In this document: positions 19,061 through 28,647 of the stretch, one piece after another
How the letters are laid out: each line of letters begins with the position of its first letter
How positions within the stretch are numbered: position 1 is the first letter of the stretch
Origin: an uncultured Spirochaetota bacterium
GTDB taxonomy: Bacteria; Spirochaetota; Spirochaetia; SZUA-6; Fen-1364
Direction: 5' to 3'
Assembly (NCBI GenBank): GCA_963745235.1
Contig: CAVUXE010000084.1
Location: 27,507-91,506 of the forward strand
DNA: 64,000 bases
Translations under genes and position numbers: made by a program
Notes under the pieces: generated by a model
Database searches by the model: none
Seen by the model: the letters and a program-made list of their open reading frames with translations, nothing else
What the model was told of the DNA's origin: nothing

Positions 19061-19713
19061 GCGCTCACGCCGCGCAGGCGGATGTGCTGGGAGAGGGAAT
19101 TGCGCGGCTGGAGATCCCCGGGCAGGAGAGAGTCCAGCGCACGCTGGGCCTGTACCTGGATGAGCTTGAGCGCTGGAATCCACGGTTCGGGTTGGTCAAG
19201 GCGGACACGCGGCAGGAGCTCATCGTCAAACACGTGCTGGACTCCCTGTCCGCGTGGCGGCAGGTACGGGAGGAAGCGCGGGAAGCAGGGGTGCTGGACG
19301 TGGGCTCGGGCGCGGGGCTGCCCGGCATCCCTCTGGCAATCGCCCTGCCCGACATTTCCTTCACCCTGCTCGAGCGCTCGGCAAAGAAGGTCTCCTTCCT
19401 CCGCACGTGCAAGGCGCTCCTGGGCCTGGAGCGCACGCGCGTGATCCAGGGAGACCTGGCGTCCGCTTCCGCCTCGCCGTTTGACGTCGTGACATTCAGA
19501 GCGGTAGCCCCGCTGTCCCGGTTTCTCGCGGATGCCCGCAAGGGCGGGCTGAGGTTCCGCGCTGTGGTGGCATATAAAGGAAGAATTGAGCGGGCAAACG
19601 CCGAGGTGGAGGATGTTCGACGGTCCGCGGAAGCCCTGATTTCAGCTCATGTCGTTCCCGTTGCCGTGCCTTTCCTCGACGAAGAGCGCTGCATCGTGGT
19701 CCTCAGAAAGTGA
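19057..19713 (+). CDS. rsmG: 16S rRNA m7G527 methyltransferase RsmG
   Basis: HVLDSL, DVGSGAGLPG and FRAV. Follows mnmG. Confidence 0.95.
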   Translation: MSAHAAQADVLGEGIARLEIPGQERVQRTLGLYLDELERWNPRFGLVKADTRQELIVKHVLDSLSAWRQVREEAREAGVLDVGSGAGLPGIPLAIALPDISFTLLERSAKKVSFLRTCKALLGLERTRVIQGDLASASASPFDVVTFRAVAPLSRFLADARKGGLRFRAVVAYKGRIERANAEVEDVRRSAEALISAHVVPVAVPFLDEERCIVVLRK

Positions 19714-19719
19714 TCGTTA

Positions 19720-19748
19720 TTGACAAATGGGTGTACGCAACATAGACT
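19720..19748 (+). promoter_or_regulatory. Near-consensus sigma70 promoter
   Basis: TTGACA-N17-TAGACT, followed by SD GGAGG. Confidence 0.85.
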
Positions 19749-19769
19749 CTCGGATGGAGGCCCTGCGCA

Positions 19770-20720
19770 GTGAGCGACTCGACGATCGGCATCAAGATCG
19801 CTGATGGTTCGTATTATCCCGTGCTAGAGAAGGGCTTCACCGGCCGCAAAAAGCTCACCGTCACCACCATCAAGGACAACCAGGAGAAGGTTCAGATAGA
19901 CCTTTACCGGGGCAACGGGGGAGGCCTCGAGCAGCCCAGCTATATCGGGAGCCTCATCGTGGAGAATATTCCCCCCGCTCCCCAGGGAGAGCCTGAGATA
20001 GAGTTGCTCCTCGGCATCAACCCGGACGGGGAGCTCTCCGCTGAAGCCAGTGACATGCGCACGGGGGAGTCGCAGAAGTTCTCCACAACGCTGACCCGGC
20101 TGTCCGAAGTGGAGCTCACCGACGCTCCCGAGTTCGAGGTCGAAGGGGATGGCAAGACCGTCGCGGCGTCTGACTTCGAAGAGCCTCCCCTGACCGGGGA
20201 AAGCTATCGGGTTACTGAAGCTGATCGACGTCGCGAGGTGCTGGAGCACGAGAAGCGGGGACCCAACCTCCTGCTCCTGATCCTGTTTGTTCTCCTCGGT
20301 GTCCTTCTTGTTGCCGCCATAGCGTATTTCATCTACAAGAGCGTTCGCGGTCCCGAGACGCCGCCCCTCTCAGCGCAGGGGAGCGCTCCCGTGGCGGTTG
20401 CGCCGCAGCAGCCCGCGGCCCCGGCGCAGCCTGCCCCTGCGCAACCGGCTCCCGCGGCGGCGCCGGCAGGGCCCCAGGCCGGCGTGCAGGCCCAGCAGGG
20501 CAGCGGCGGGCAGGCATCGGTCAAGAGCTCCACGCGTGAGGCCGCCGTCGTGGCCAAAGGCGGGGTCACCTACCGGATCAAGCGCGGTGACACGCTGTGG
20601 GACATCTCCGCCACCTACTATCGAAATCCCTGGTTGTATCACAAGCTGGCCAGGGCAAACTCCATCAGAAACCCGGACCTGATTTTTGCGGGAACTCGCA
20701 TCTATATTCCTGAAAATTAG
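19770..20720 (+). CDS. Hsp70 substrate-binding-like domain + TM helix + LysM protein
   Basis: TTIKDNQEKVQIDLY...IPPAPQGEPEIEL...DGEL resembles the DnaK SBD-beta domain. One TM helix, then LysM YRIKRGDTLWDIS...NPDLIFAG. Confidence 0.85.
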   Translation: MSDSTIGIKIADGSYYPVLEKGFTGRKKLTVTTIKDNQEKVQIDLYRGNGGGLEQPSYIGSLIVENIPPAPQGEPEIELLLGINPDGELSAEASDMRTGESQKFSTTLTRLSEVELTDAPEFEVEGDGKTVAASDFEEPPLTGESYRVTEADRRREVLEHEKRGPNLLLLILFVLLGVLLVAAIAYFIYKSVRGPETPPLSAQGSAPVAVAPQQPAAPAQPAPAQPAPAAAPAGPQAGVQAQQGSGGQASVKSSTREAAVVAKGGVTYRIKRGDTLWDISATYYRNPWLYHKLARANSIRNPDLIFAGTRIYIPEN

Positions 20721-22860
20721 GATCCTGATCCCTCTCCTGGCAGTCCTGCTTTCCACCGCCGGGTGCGGTCCCCGCAAAGTATGGGGATACCCCGCGGACG
20801 TGCTTGCGCTGCGGTTGTCCACCGCCCGGTACGCCGTCCTTGCGAGCGTGGACTTCACGACCCAGGATCCCTCCCAAGCTCTCTCACTTTCCCCCGGCGC
20901 GCCGTACTACCTGTCCCTTGTCTTCGATTCCATGGACATGGCGGACCAGGCGATGCGCATGCTCGAGCTGGCGTGGAACCGCTGCCCTGATCCGTGGAAG
21001 CGGGAGGCCGGAGTGCTCCTGGCCCAGAAGTACAACGCGAAGAAAAACTGGCCCCCGGCAATCCTGGTGGCTCGGAAAATCCTCTCGACGCAGCAGCCGC
21101 CTGACGTCGAGCAGAGGGCCCGGCGCGCGCTTGTTGAAGCCCTCTACTGGACCCAGCAGGACGAGGAGGTGCTGCGCCAGGCAGACCTCCTCACGAACCC
21201 GGACTCCGAGGTCCTTCTTTTCCGCGGCGTGAGCTCGCTGCGCCTGGGGATGGCATCAGCCCACGACCTCATTATTCAGCTCTTCCTCCAGCAGCGGGCC
21301 TCCACGCTGCACGCGAGGTTCTTCACCTTCCTCGCCGGTGCGCCCCAATACGCGGAGGGGTTCACCGACCTGGAAAGGGACCTCATCGCCGCAAAGAACG
21401 ATCTGTTCCTGCAGGATTGGGAGGCAGGCATCCCGTTGATGGAAAGCGTGCTTTCCCGGCTGGACCCGGCCCGCTCCGCCGCCAGCGCTCTTGTTGGTGA
21501 CCTCGCGGTCGCGTACCAGTCCTCCGGAAGGCAGGCGGCCGGCGCCCGGTTCCTGGTTGGCGTTTCTTCGCGCCTCACTGGTCGGGCCCGGGCGGATGCC
21601 CTGGAGCAGGCGGGAAGAATCTACAAGCGCATGAGGGCCACCCGCGACGCGTTCGCCGTGCTTCGCGCCGCCCTGGCCGCCTCTGATGACGCGGACCAGC
21701 GGGACCGGGAACGCTGGCACCTGATGGACATGATCGTTGCCCGCAACCCTCCCGATGTCCTGGCGCAGGTCGACAAGGAGCTTGCCGCCTCCAGCAATCC
21801 CGGGTTCTTTTCCGACGTGCTTGAAGACTGGATCTCGGACCTGGTGGGCGCCAGGAAGTGGAAAACCCTCATGGGCCTCCTGAAGGTGGTGCAGGCCCGC
21901 GGACCCCAGGATGTGCAGGCAAGACTTTCGTACGTGCTTGGCAGGGCCGGCCAGGAAGGGCTGATCATGCCTCTTGCGGCAAGCCCGGGTGACCTTCTGC
22001 GCCAGGCGGCTTCCCTTGACGCGGATGGCTACTACGGCCTCATGGCCTCGAGCGTTCTCGGTGACGTGCCGCCGCAGGTGAAGCCGCACCCCGCGGATGC
22101 CGCACCGGAGCGAAGACCGATGCTTGATCCATTTGTCACGGGGTTCCTTCCCTTTGGTCTTTTCTCGCAGGCCTACCAGAGGCTTGTCGAATCCCGCAGG
22201 AGCCTCTCGGACGCCGAGCTGCATGAGGCCGCGCGACTGATGGCGCAGGCCGGCGACTACGCAAGCTCCATGCACCTCATGGGGATCCTGGGGCGGCGCC
22301 GGCCGCTTTCCCAGGATGAGCTTGCAATGGAATACCCGAAGGCTTTCAGCTCCGTGATCGACGAGCTTTCCCTGACGAGCGGGATCGCGGGACCGGTGCT
22401 GTATGGCCTTGTTCGGGAAGAGAGTTATTTCGATCCCGACATCGTGTCCAGCGTCGGAGCGGTCGGGCTCAGCCAGCTCATGCCTGCCACGGCAGCCGCG
22501 GTTGCCCGCAGGCTCCACATGGCTGAGCCGGATCTCAAGGACCCGTCGGTCAACCTCACAATCGGGGTGCGCCATTTCCAGGATCTTCTCAAGAGCGTGA
22601 ACAGCGTTCCCAAGGCGCTCTTGTCCTACAACGCGGGACTGACCAGAGTCAGGGCATGGGAAAGGGCCGGCGGGGACTTGCCGGGCGACATGTTCGTGGA
22701 ATCGGTGCCGTTCGAAGAAACGCGGAAATACGTCCGCAAGATCCTCATCTCATCGGTGATGTACGCATCCCTTTACGGGAGCGAGGACCCTCGGGAAGCC
22801 GCGCTCTCTTTCTTCAACATACAGGACAGGTCCGGGGGCGCGCCTCCGAAGACCCCATAG
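20686..22860 (+). CDS. Slt-family lytic transglycosylase with TPR-like N-terminus (spirochaete flagellar-assembly type)
   Basis: REESYF, GAVGLSQLMP, SYNAG and ETRKYV motifs, plus signal/lipobox STAGC. Confidence 0.88.
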   Translation: MRELASIFLKIRILIPLLAVLLSTAGCGPRKVWGYPADVLALRLSTARYAVLASVDFTTQDPSQALSLSPGAPYYLSLVFDSMDMADQAMRMLELAWNRCPDPWKREAGVLLAQKYNAKKNWPPAILVARKILSTQQPPDVEQRARRALVEALYWTQQDEEVLRQADLLTNPDSEVLLFRGVSSLRLGMASAHDLIIQLFLQQRASTLHARFFTFLAGAPQYAEGFTDLERDLIAAKNDLFLQDWEAGIPLMESVLSRLDPARSAASALVGDLAVAYQSSGRQAAGARFLVGVSSRLTGRARADALEQAGRIYKRMRATRDAFAVLRAALAASDDADQRDRERWHLMDMIVARNPPDVLAQVDKELAASSNPGFFSDVLEDWISDLVGARKWKTLMGLLKVVQARGPQDVQARLSYVLGRAGQEGLIMPLAASPGDLLRQAASLDADGYYGLMASSVLGDVPPQVKPHPADAAPERRPMLDPFVTGFLPFGLFSQAYQRLVESRRSLSDAELHEAARLMAQAGDYASSMHLMGILGRRRPLSQDELAMEYPKAFSSVIDELSLTSGIAGPVLYGLVREESYFDPDIVSSVGAVGLSQLMPATAAAVARRLHMAEPDLKDPSVNLTIGVRHFQDLLKSVNSVPKALLSYNAGLTRVRAWERAGGDLPGDMFVESVPFEETRKYVRKILISSVMYASLYGSEDPREAALSFFNIQDRSGGAPPKTP

Positions 22861-22902
22861 TTTCCCGCCCGAAAGGTCTCTTCGGTCCGACTGCCGGCTT
22901 TG

Positions 22903-23523
22903 TCACTCATCCAGTCCGGGGATCTGCACGTCCTCTCCGTTGTACCATTTGTCGAAGAGGTCCTTTGGGACCACCGCGACCTTTGCAAGCATCTTTGAAT
23001 GCTCCTGCCCGCAGTACTGGGAGCACAAGAGGTCGAAGGTGCCGAGGTCCGTCGACTTGAACCACACCTTGTTGTGCATGCCCGGCACCACGTCCTGCTT
23101 GATCCTGAAATGCGGCACGAAGAACCCGTGAATGACGTCCAGGGACTCAGTTGTGAGGATCACGTTGACACCCTGGGGGACCACCAGGTCCCTGCTCTTC
23201 AGCCCGTTCTCATACTGGAAAAGCCACGACCACTGGCGGGCGATGACCGTCACCTGCATGCCGTCTTTCGGCGGGACCCTGAGGAACTGGAACCCCAGGT
23301 ACGCGTAGAAGAACATCGGCAGAACGATGAGCGTTGCGCCGAGGATCCATGCCGCCTCCAGCAGGACGTTCCCCGAGATGTTGGCGGCATGCGGACTGCG
23401 CGAACGACGGTAGCGCACCACGAAGAACACCATGAAGAAGATGATGAGGACAAAGAGCAGGGCGCAGAAGGCCAGGATGAAGATGAAGGGATCGTTGACC
23501 GCGGCCTTGGTGTCGGTGATCAT
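22903..23523 (-). CDS. coxB: Cytochrome c oxidase subunit II (CuA)
   Basis: Two TM helices, QWSW, DVIHGF and CSQYCGQEHSKM. Confidence 0.95.
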   Translation of the reverse strand: MITDTKAAVNDPFIFILAFCALLFVLIIFFMVFFVVRYRRSRSPHAANISGNVLLEAAWILGATLIVLPMFFYAYLGFQFLRVPPKDGMQVTVIARQWSWLFQYENGLKSRDLVVPQGVNVILTTESLDVIHGFFVPHFRIKQDVVPGMHNKVWFKSTDLGTFDLLCSQYCGQEHSKMLAKVAVVPKDLFDKWYNGEDVQIPGLDE

Positions 23524-23535
23524 GCCTTTCTCCGC

Positions 23536-23799
23536 TTACCTGAAGAGCACGTCGGTGTAGGTGAGCCCGATGAAGATCGCCAGCGTGCAGATGGCGATGG
23601 GCACCAGGATCTTCAGGAGCAGCCGCTTTTCGAGCAGCAGGTGCATGAAGTACAGGAGCACGAGGGTCGACTTGATGGCGGCGATGGCCAGGACGACCAG
23701 GATCCCGACCCGGCCGAAGTTGAGGCTGGCCGTCGTCACCGTGATGGCCGTGAGGACGACGAGGCCGGCCCAGATCAGGATGTAGCGCGGGTATGTCAC
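23536..23799 (-). CDS. coxD: Cytochrome c oxidase subunit IV
   Basis: GTG start, three TM helices and K..LV.LYFMHL motif. Confidence 0.85.
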   Translation of the reverse strand: MTYPRYILIWAGLVVLTAITVTTASLNFGRVGILVVLAIAAIKSTLVLLYFMHLLLEKRLLLKILVPIAICTLAIFIGLTYTDVLFR

Positions 23800-23810
23800 A
23801 GGTTCTCTCC

Positions 23811-24437
23811 TCAGGAGATCAGGTAGAAAAGCGGGAACAGGAAGATCCAGATGATGTCCACGAGGTGCCAGTACAGGGCCCCGTTTTCCATGATATTGAT
23901 TCGCTCCTGCGGTGACTTTCCCCCGCAGCACGAAGTTGAGCACGAACGAGAGCACGCCCATGCCGATGATGACGTGCAGCGCGTGCAGCCCCGTCATGGT
24001 GAAGTACAGGCCGAAGATAGAGGATCTCCCCGTGGGGCTGACTCTCCAGGAGCTCCGCCGCCGGGGTACAGCCCGTGCTCGAACTTCGCCGCCCACTCGA
24101 ACGCCTTCACCACGAGGAAGGTAAGCCCCAGGGCGATGGTGGCCGCCAGGAAGAAGGCGGCGCGCCTTGTGTTGCGCTTGATCTGCAGGGAGTAGATGGC
24201 CAGGACCGCCGTGAGGCTCGAGGTGAGGAGCACAGCGGTGTTCAGCGTGCCGTCGAACCTGCTGAGCTCAAGGGACGCCGCGTGGAAATCCACCGGATGC
24301 TTGGAGCGGTACACGGCGTACAGCAGGAACAGCCCGCCGAAGAGGAGGATCTCCGAGAGGAGGAACAGCCACATGCCGACCCTTGCCTTGACCCCCTCCC
24401 CGTGGACTTCAACGCTTGTGCTGTGACTGCTGCTCAT
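23811..24437 (-). CDS. coxC: Cytochrome c oxidase subunit III (split by indels)
   Basis: [25 protein letters not shown] and [19 protein letters not shown] lie in different frames. Confidence 0.9.
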
Positions 24438-26106
24438 GAGATTCCTTCTTGCCGTGTCCGTCCCCTGTCCGTCGCCGTCTCCGTCCGTGAAGACGTAGGG
24501 CCCGTGCGTGATCACCGGGGTTTCCTCGAAGCTGTTCTCCGCCGGGGGAGAGGGGATCTGCCATTCCAGGGTGGCGCCGCCCCAGGGATTGGCCTCCGCT
24601 TTCTTCCCGCGGAACAGACGCGTAGAGGAGGTTGCCGAACATCATGCCCAAGGCCGCCGACCATGATCCAGGAGCCCACGGTGGCGATGCGCTGCAGGTC
24701 GGTGAACTGCGGCAGGTAGGAGTAGTAGCGCCGCGGCATGCCCGCCCAGCCCAGGATGAGCAGCGTCATATAGAAGAGGTTGAAGCCGACGAACAGCACG
24801 ATGAAGGCCACCGTGGCGAACTTGTAGTCGTAGGTCTTGCCGAACATCTTGGGAAACCAGTAGTGCAGGGCGGCGAACAGCCCGAACCCCATGCCGCCGA
24901 AGATGATGTAGTGGAAGTGGCCGACGACGAAGTAGGTGTCGTGGGTGTGCACGTCGGTGGAGAGGGCGCCCAGGACAGCCCGGTGAGACCGCCGATGGAG
25001 AACAGGGCGATGAACCCCAGCGCGTAGAGGAAGGGCGGGTCCATCTTGACCGAGCCCTTGTACATGGTGGCCACCCAGTTGAAGACCTTGATGGCGCTCG
25101 GCACGGCCACGAGGAAGGTGAGGAGGGAGAAGACGATGCTCGCCGTGTCGCTCTGGCCGCTCACGTACATGTGGTGGCCCCAGACCAGGGAGCCGACGCT
25201 CGCAATGGCGAGGCTGGAGAAGGCGATGGTCTTGTACCCGAAGATGTTCTTGCGGGAGAACACGGGGAAGAGGTCGGAGATGATCCCCATGGCGGGCAGG
25301 ATCATGATGTAGACGGCAGGGTGCGAGTAGATCCAGAACAGGTGCTGGTAGAGGAGGGGATCACCGCCCTTTGTCGGGTCGAAGACGCCGATGCCGAAGA
25401 TGCGCTCGACGAGGATGAGCACCATGGTGATGCCGATGACCGGGGTCGCCAGGACCTGGACCCACGCGGTGGAATAGATGCCCCAGATGGACAGGGGCAG
25501 GCGGAAGAAGGTCATCCCCGGGGCGCGCTCCATGTGGACCGTGGTGACGATGTTGATGCCCGTGAGGATGGAGGACATCCCCAGGAGGAACACCCCGAAC
25601 ACGGCAAAGGGGACGTTCACCGTCGTCCGCAGGCTGTAAGGAACGTAGAAGGTCCAGCCGGTGTCCGCGGGGCCCTTGCCGGTGAGAAGCGACACCAGGA
25701 GGATGGCCGCTCCCAGGATGTACAGGTACCAGGAGAACAGGTTCAGGCGGGGGAATGCCATGTCCTTGCCGCCGATCAGGATAGGGAGGAAGAAGTTCCC
25801 GAAGATCGTCGGAATGGCCGGGATCACGACCAGGAACACCATGATCACCCCGTGCAGGGTGAAGATCTGGTTATACAGCCTTCCCGTAAGGAACTTGCTG
25901 TCCGGTGAGAGCATCTGGATGCGCATCAGCACGCCGAGGATCACCGCGACGGTGAAGAAGCTGAGGACCGGAACCAGGTAGAGGGTGCCGATCCTCTTGT
26001 GGTTGGTCGACGTGAGGAAGCCGCGGAGCCCGGCCCGCTTTCCCTCATTGGTGTACCACGGGTAATTGCTGTGCGGATGTGCGGCTGCCCCGCCGTGCTC
26101 GTCCAT
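24409..26106 (-). CDS. coxA: Cytochrome c oxidase subunit I, A2 type (split by indels)
   Basis: FTLHG, GWTFY, YSHPAVY, WGHH and [12 protein letters not shown]. Frame changes near 24975, 24640, 24620 and probably 24460, so the end is approximate. Confidence 0.93.
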
Positions 26107-26124
26107 TCTGCTACGTCCTCCTGT

Positions 26125-26904
26125 CTACTTCCACCCCTGTCCCTGGATGTATTGATAGATGTCCCCGGCATCCCTGTCGCTCACCTGGTCCGCCGGGAAC
26201 GCCGGCATCTGCCCGGCCGAGCCATTCGGCATGACGGGATTCCTTATGAAAGAGACAAAAGCGGCCTGGGTGGCCAGCTGCTTTGCCCCTTTCAACGGCA
26301 GCTCGGGCACAACGACGTTTGCGCCGCCCGGATGACAGGCAGCGCAGTTTGCCGCAAACAGCCGCGGCCCCAGGCGCGCGCCGGACGGAGCTGCCGGTGC
26401 CGCGCCAGTGCCGGCCCCCGCGCCCGTTGCCGGGGCGGCCGGAGCTGCCGCTTCCGCGGCCGGCTGGGAGCCTGCCCAGTTGCCGTACACGAGCCGGGCC
26501 CCATACCATCCCAGGCCCACCACGCCAAGCACCGCCAGCGCCCAGATAACCATCATGGGAGCGTTCCTGACCTTCACCTCGGACCCGAGGATGATTCCGG
26601 TCCCCAGGAGCAGCAGCACGCAGGTCGCCAGGATCATTTTCATCTTGATGGGTGGTATCAGCGCCCCCTTGAAGAAATGCAGCCAGTCTATCACGCCGAG
26701 CAGGATGGTCGGAAAGACGAAGATGAAAGCCAGGATGGATACGTGGCGCGCCGTGAGGTACAGGTTCTTCTTCTTGAAAATGACCGCCACGTAAAAGAAG
26801 AGAGCCCCGCCAATGACGAGCCCGATGGGGATGTGCGTGACCGGCGCGTGCAGCGGGTCCGTGAAGCCGATCCTTGCCAGGAGCTGGTAAATCGCATCGA
26901 TCAT
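26125..26904 (-). CDS. DUF2231-like membrane domain fused to a class I c-type cytochrome
   Basis: HAPVTHIPIG...GWYGARLVYG with 4 TM helices, an Ala/Pro linker, then CAACH and a distal Met (QMPAF). Confidence 0.8.
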   Translation of the reverse strand: MIDAIYQLLARIGFTDPLHAPVTHIPIGLVIGGALFFYVAVIFKKKNLYLTARHVSILAFIFVFPTILLGVIDWLHFFKGALIPPIKMKMILATCVLLLLGTGIILGSEVKVRNAPMMVIWALAVLGVVGLGWYGARLVYGNWAGSQPAAEAAAPAAPATGAGAGTGAAPAAPSGARLGPRLFAANCAACHPGGANVVVPELPLKGAKQLATQAAFVSFIRNPVMPNGSAGQMPAFPADQVSDRDAGDIYQYIQGQGWK

Positions 26905-27758
26905 GGGGTGCCTCCTCCTATGCCGGAAAAATCGACATCAGCCAGGCCTTTCGCGGCCGCCTGGCCGAAAATCTCCTTTGTCGCATGCGTTGCGGGAAGG
27001 GGCACGCCAAGCTCAAATGCGGCGTCGGACACGAGCTGGAGGTCCTTGTGCATCAGTCGGAGGGGGAACTCCGCGTCATAGCGCCCCGTGGCAAGCCTCT
27101 CGCGTTTTGCGGCCAGGAACGGGGCGGCCACTCCGCTTCCGACCAGCGCGTCCAGGAGCGCATCACGGCCGAAGCCCAGCGCCTCACCGAAGGCAAGCGC
27201 CTCGGAGAATGCCGCCATTGCGTTGCCCAGGAGCATGTTGTTCACCAGCTTCAGGGAGCAGCCCATGCCCGCGGCCCCCAGGTGCTTGATGGTTTTCCCC
27301 ATCACCGAAAGCAGAGGCCTGCACCTCTCCAGGTCCTTCGCGTCTCCGCCGACCAGGATCGTCAGCTCGGCCTTCTCAGCCGCCGGGAGGGAGCCCACCA
27401 CCGGGGCGTCGAGGAATGACACCCCCCGGGAAGCGGCTTCCCGCGCCATGCGACGCGCAGAGCCGGGCGTTACCGTGCTGCAGTCCACCCAGAGGGAACC
27501 CTTTGCCATGTGGTCAAGAAATCCATCGGCGCCGAGGGCAACGCCGGCCACGGCGTCGGGGCTGGTCAGCATGGTAAAGGCAACATCGCAACTCCGAGCC
27601 GCCTCAGCAGGCGTAGAGGCCAGCCTTGCGCCTTTCTGCACGAGTCCCTGGGCTTTCGCGGATGAACGGTTCCACACGGTCAGCTCGTGCCCGGCGCGCA
27701 GAAGGTTTGCAGCCATGCGGCTGCCCATGATCCCCAGACCCATGAATGCGATCTTCAT
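26901..27758 (-). CDS. 3-hydroxyisobutyrate dehydrogenase family oxidoreductase
   Basis: GLGIMG, DAPVVG, KLVNN and KDL. Confidence 0.92.
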   Translation of the reverse strand: MKIAFMGLGIMGSRMAANLLRAGHELTVWNRSSAKAQGLVQKGARLASTPAEAARSCDVAFTMLTSPDAVAGVALGADGFLDHMAKGSLWVDCSTVTPGSARRMAREAASRGVSFLDAPVVGSLPAAEKAELTILVGGDAKDLERCRPLLSVMGKTIKHLGAAGMGCSLKLVNNMLLGNAMAAFSEALAFGEALGFGRDALLDALVGSGVAAPFLAAKRERLATGRYDAEFPLRLMHKDLQLVSDAAFELGVPLPATHATKEIFGQAAAKGLADVDFSGIGGGTP

Positions 27759-28450
27759 CTGCTCTTCTCCCAGGATTCGACCGCCCTGCGCAGCGCGGCC
27801 GCGGATGGCGGATCCGACGGCGAAGTCCCTTCCAACACATCGGAAGGTTTGTCGATTTCCTTTCCATAATATGCCGCGTTCGCGTCCAGGTCCACGTCAA
27901 GGGAGACTCCCTCCAGGCTCACCCCCGCGAAGATTCCCCGCGTCCTGGCATAGCTGTAGATCTCCGCCCTCATGTCAGCGTCCGTGGATGCCGCCGCGGC
28001 CCTGCCAAGGGAGCCCGCCGCCAGGGACGCTCCGACCCCCATGGTGTAGCGGCCGCGCAGCACGGAGTCCACGCTCCCGCGCGTGCGGAAAAACAGGATG
28101 ATGTCCGCGGACTGAATGCCGACCTGCCAGCCGACGCTGGCCCCCGAAAGGGTGAGGAACAGCGGGCGGCTCCAGGTTCCCTCTCCCCGGCGGACAATGA
28201 GCACTCCTTTTCCATGCTGGCCGCCTATCACGAAGCCGACCTTCTTGACATCCGGAAAGACGGCGAGAGCGTATGTCTTTTTCATGAGCTGTTGAACAGC
28301 ATCCCGTTCGGGAACGTTCGTGATTGCGGTGAACACGTCCTGCGCATCCTCCACCTTGCGCGCCTGGGTCCGATCAGCGGCCACGGGTCCGGCGCCGAGC
28401 AAGAGGAGTGCGCAGATCGCCATCGGCGCAGAAGCGAATCGACGGACCAT
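27755..28450 (-). CDS. Ysc84/SYLF lipid-binding domain protein, exported
   Basis: KVGFVIGGQHGKG, GWQVGIQ, YARTRGIFAGVSLEG and a signal peptide. Confidence 0.88.
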   Translation of the reverse strand: MVRRFASAPMAICALLLLGAGPVAADRTQARKVEDAQDVFTAITNVPERDAVQQLMKKTYALAVFPDVKKVGFVIGGQHGKGVLIVRRGEGTWSRPLFLTLSGASVGWQVGIQSADIILFFRTRGSVDSVLRGRYTMGVGASLAAGSLGRAAAASTDADMRAEIYSYARTRGIFAGVSLEGVSLDVDLDANAAYYGKEIDKPSDVLEGTSPSDPPSAAALRRAVESWEKSR

Positions 28451-28647
28451 GACCAGGTTCCTCCCGAAAGGACAACTGCCGCGGCCCGCACGGAGTGCCG
28501 TGCGAGCTGCCACCGTGTGGAACGACTTCCTGTCCATATAGTACTTTGCCGGTCCGCCCACCGCAAAGCAAGAAATTCTCGCGCCTGCCACGGGCGCGCA
28601 TATCAACTCACCTCGCAGCGTACCGATAATGTCAGAAGGGGGACAGC

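Noticed and set aside
15702-19769. Replication origin near mnmE-mnmG-rsmG
   Set aside because: No DnaA-box cluster, AT-rich unwinding element or dnaA/parAB genes were seen.
23811-26106. Apparent CoxI-CoxIII fusion (the subunit I tail is in frame with the subunit III ATG)
   Set aside because: The region is dense with indels. One added G in the run near 24460 gives a normal stop at 24409 overlapping coxC.
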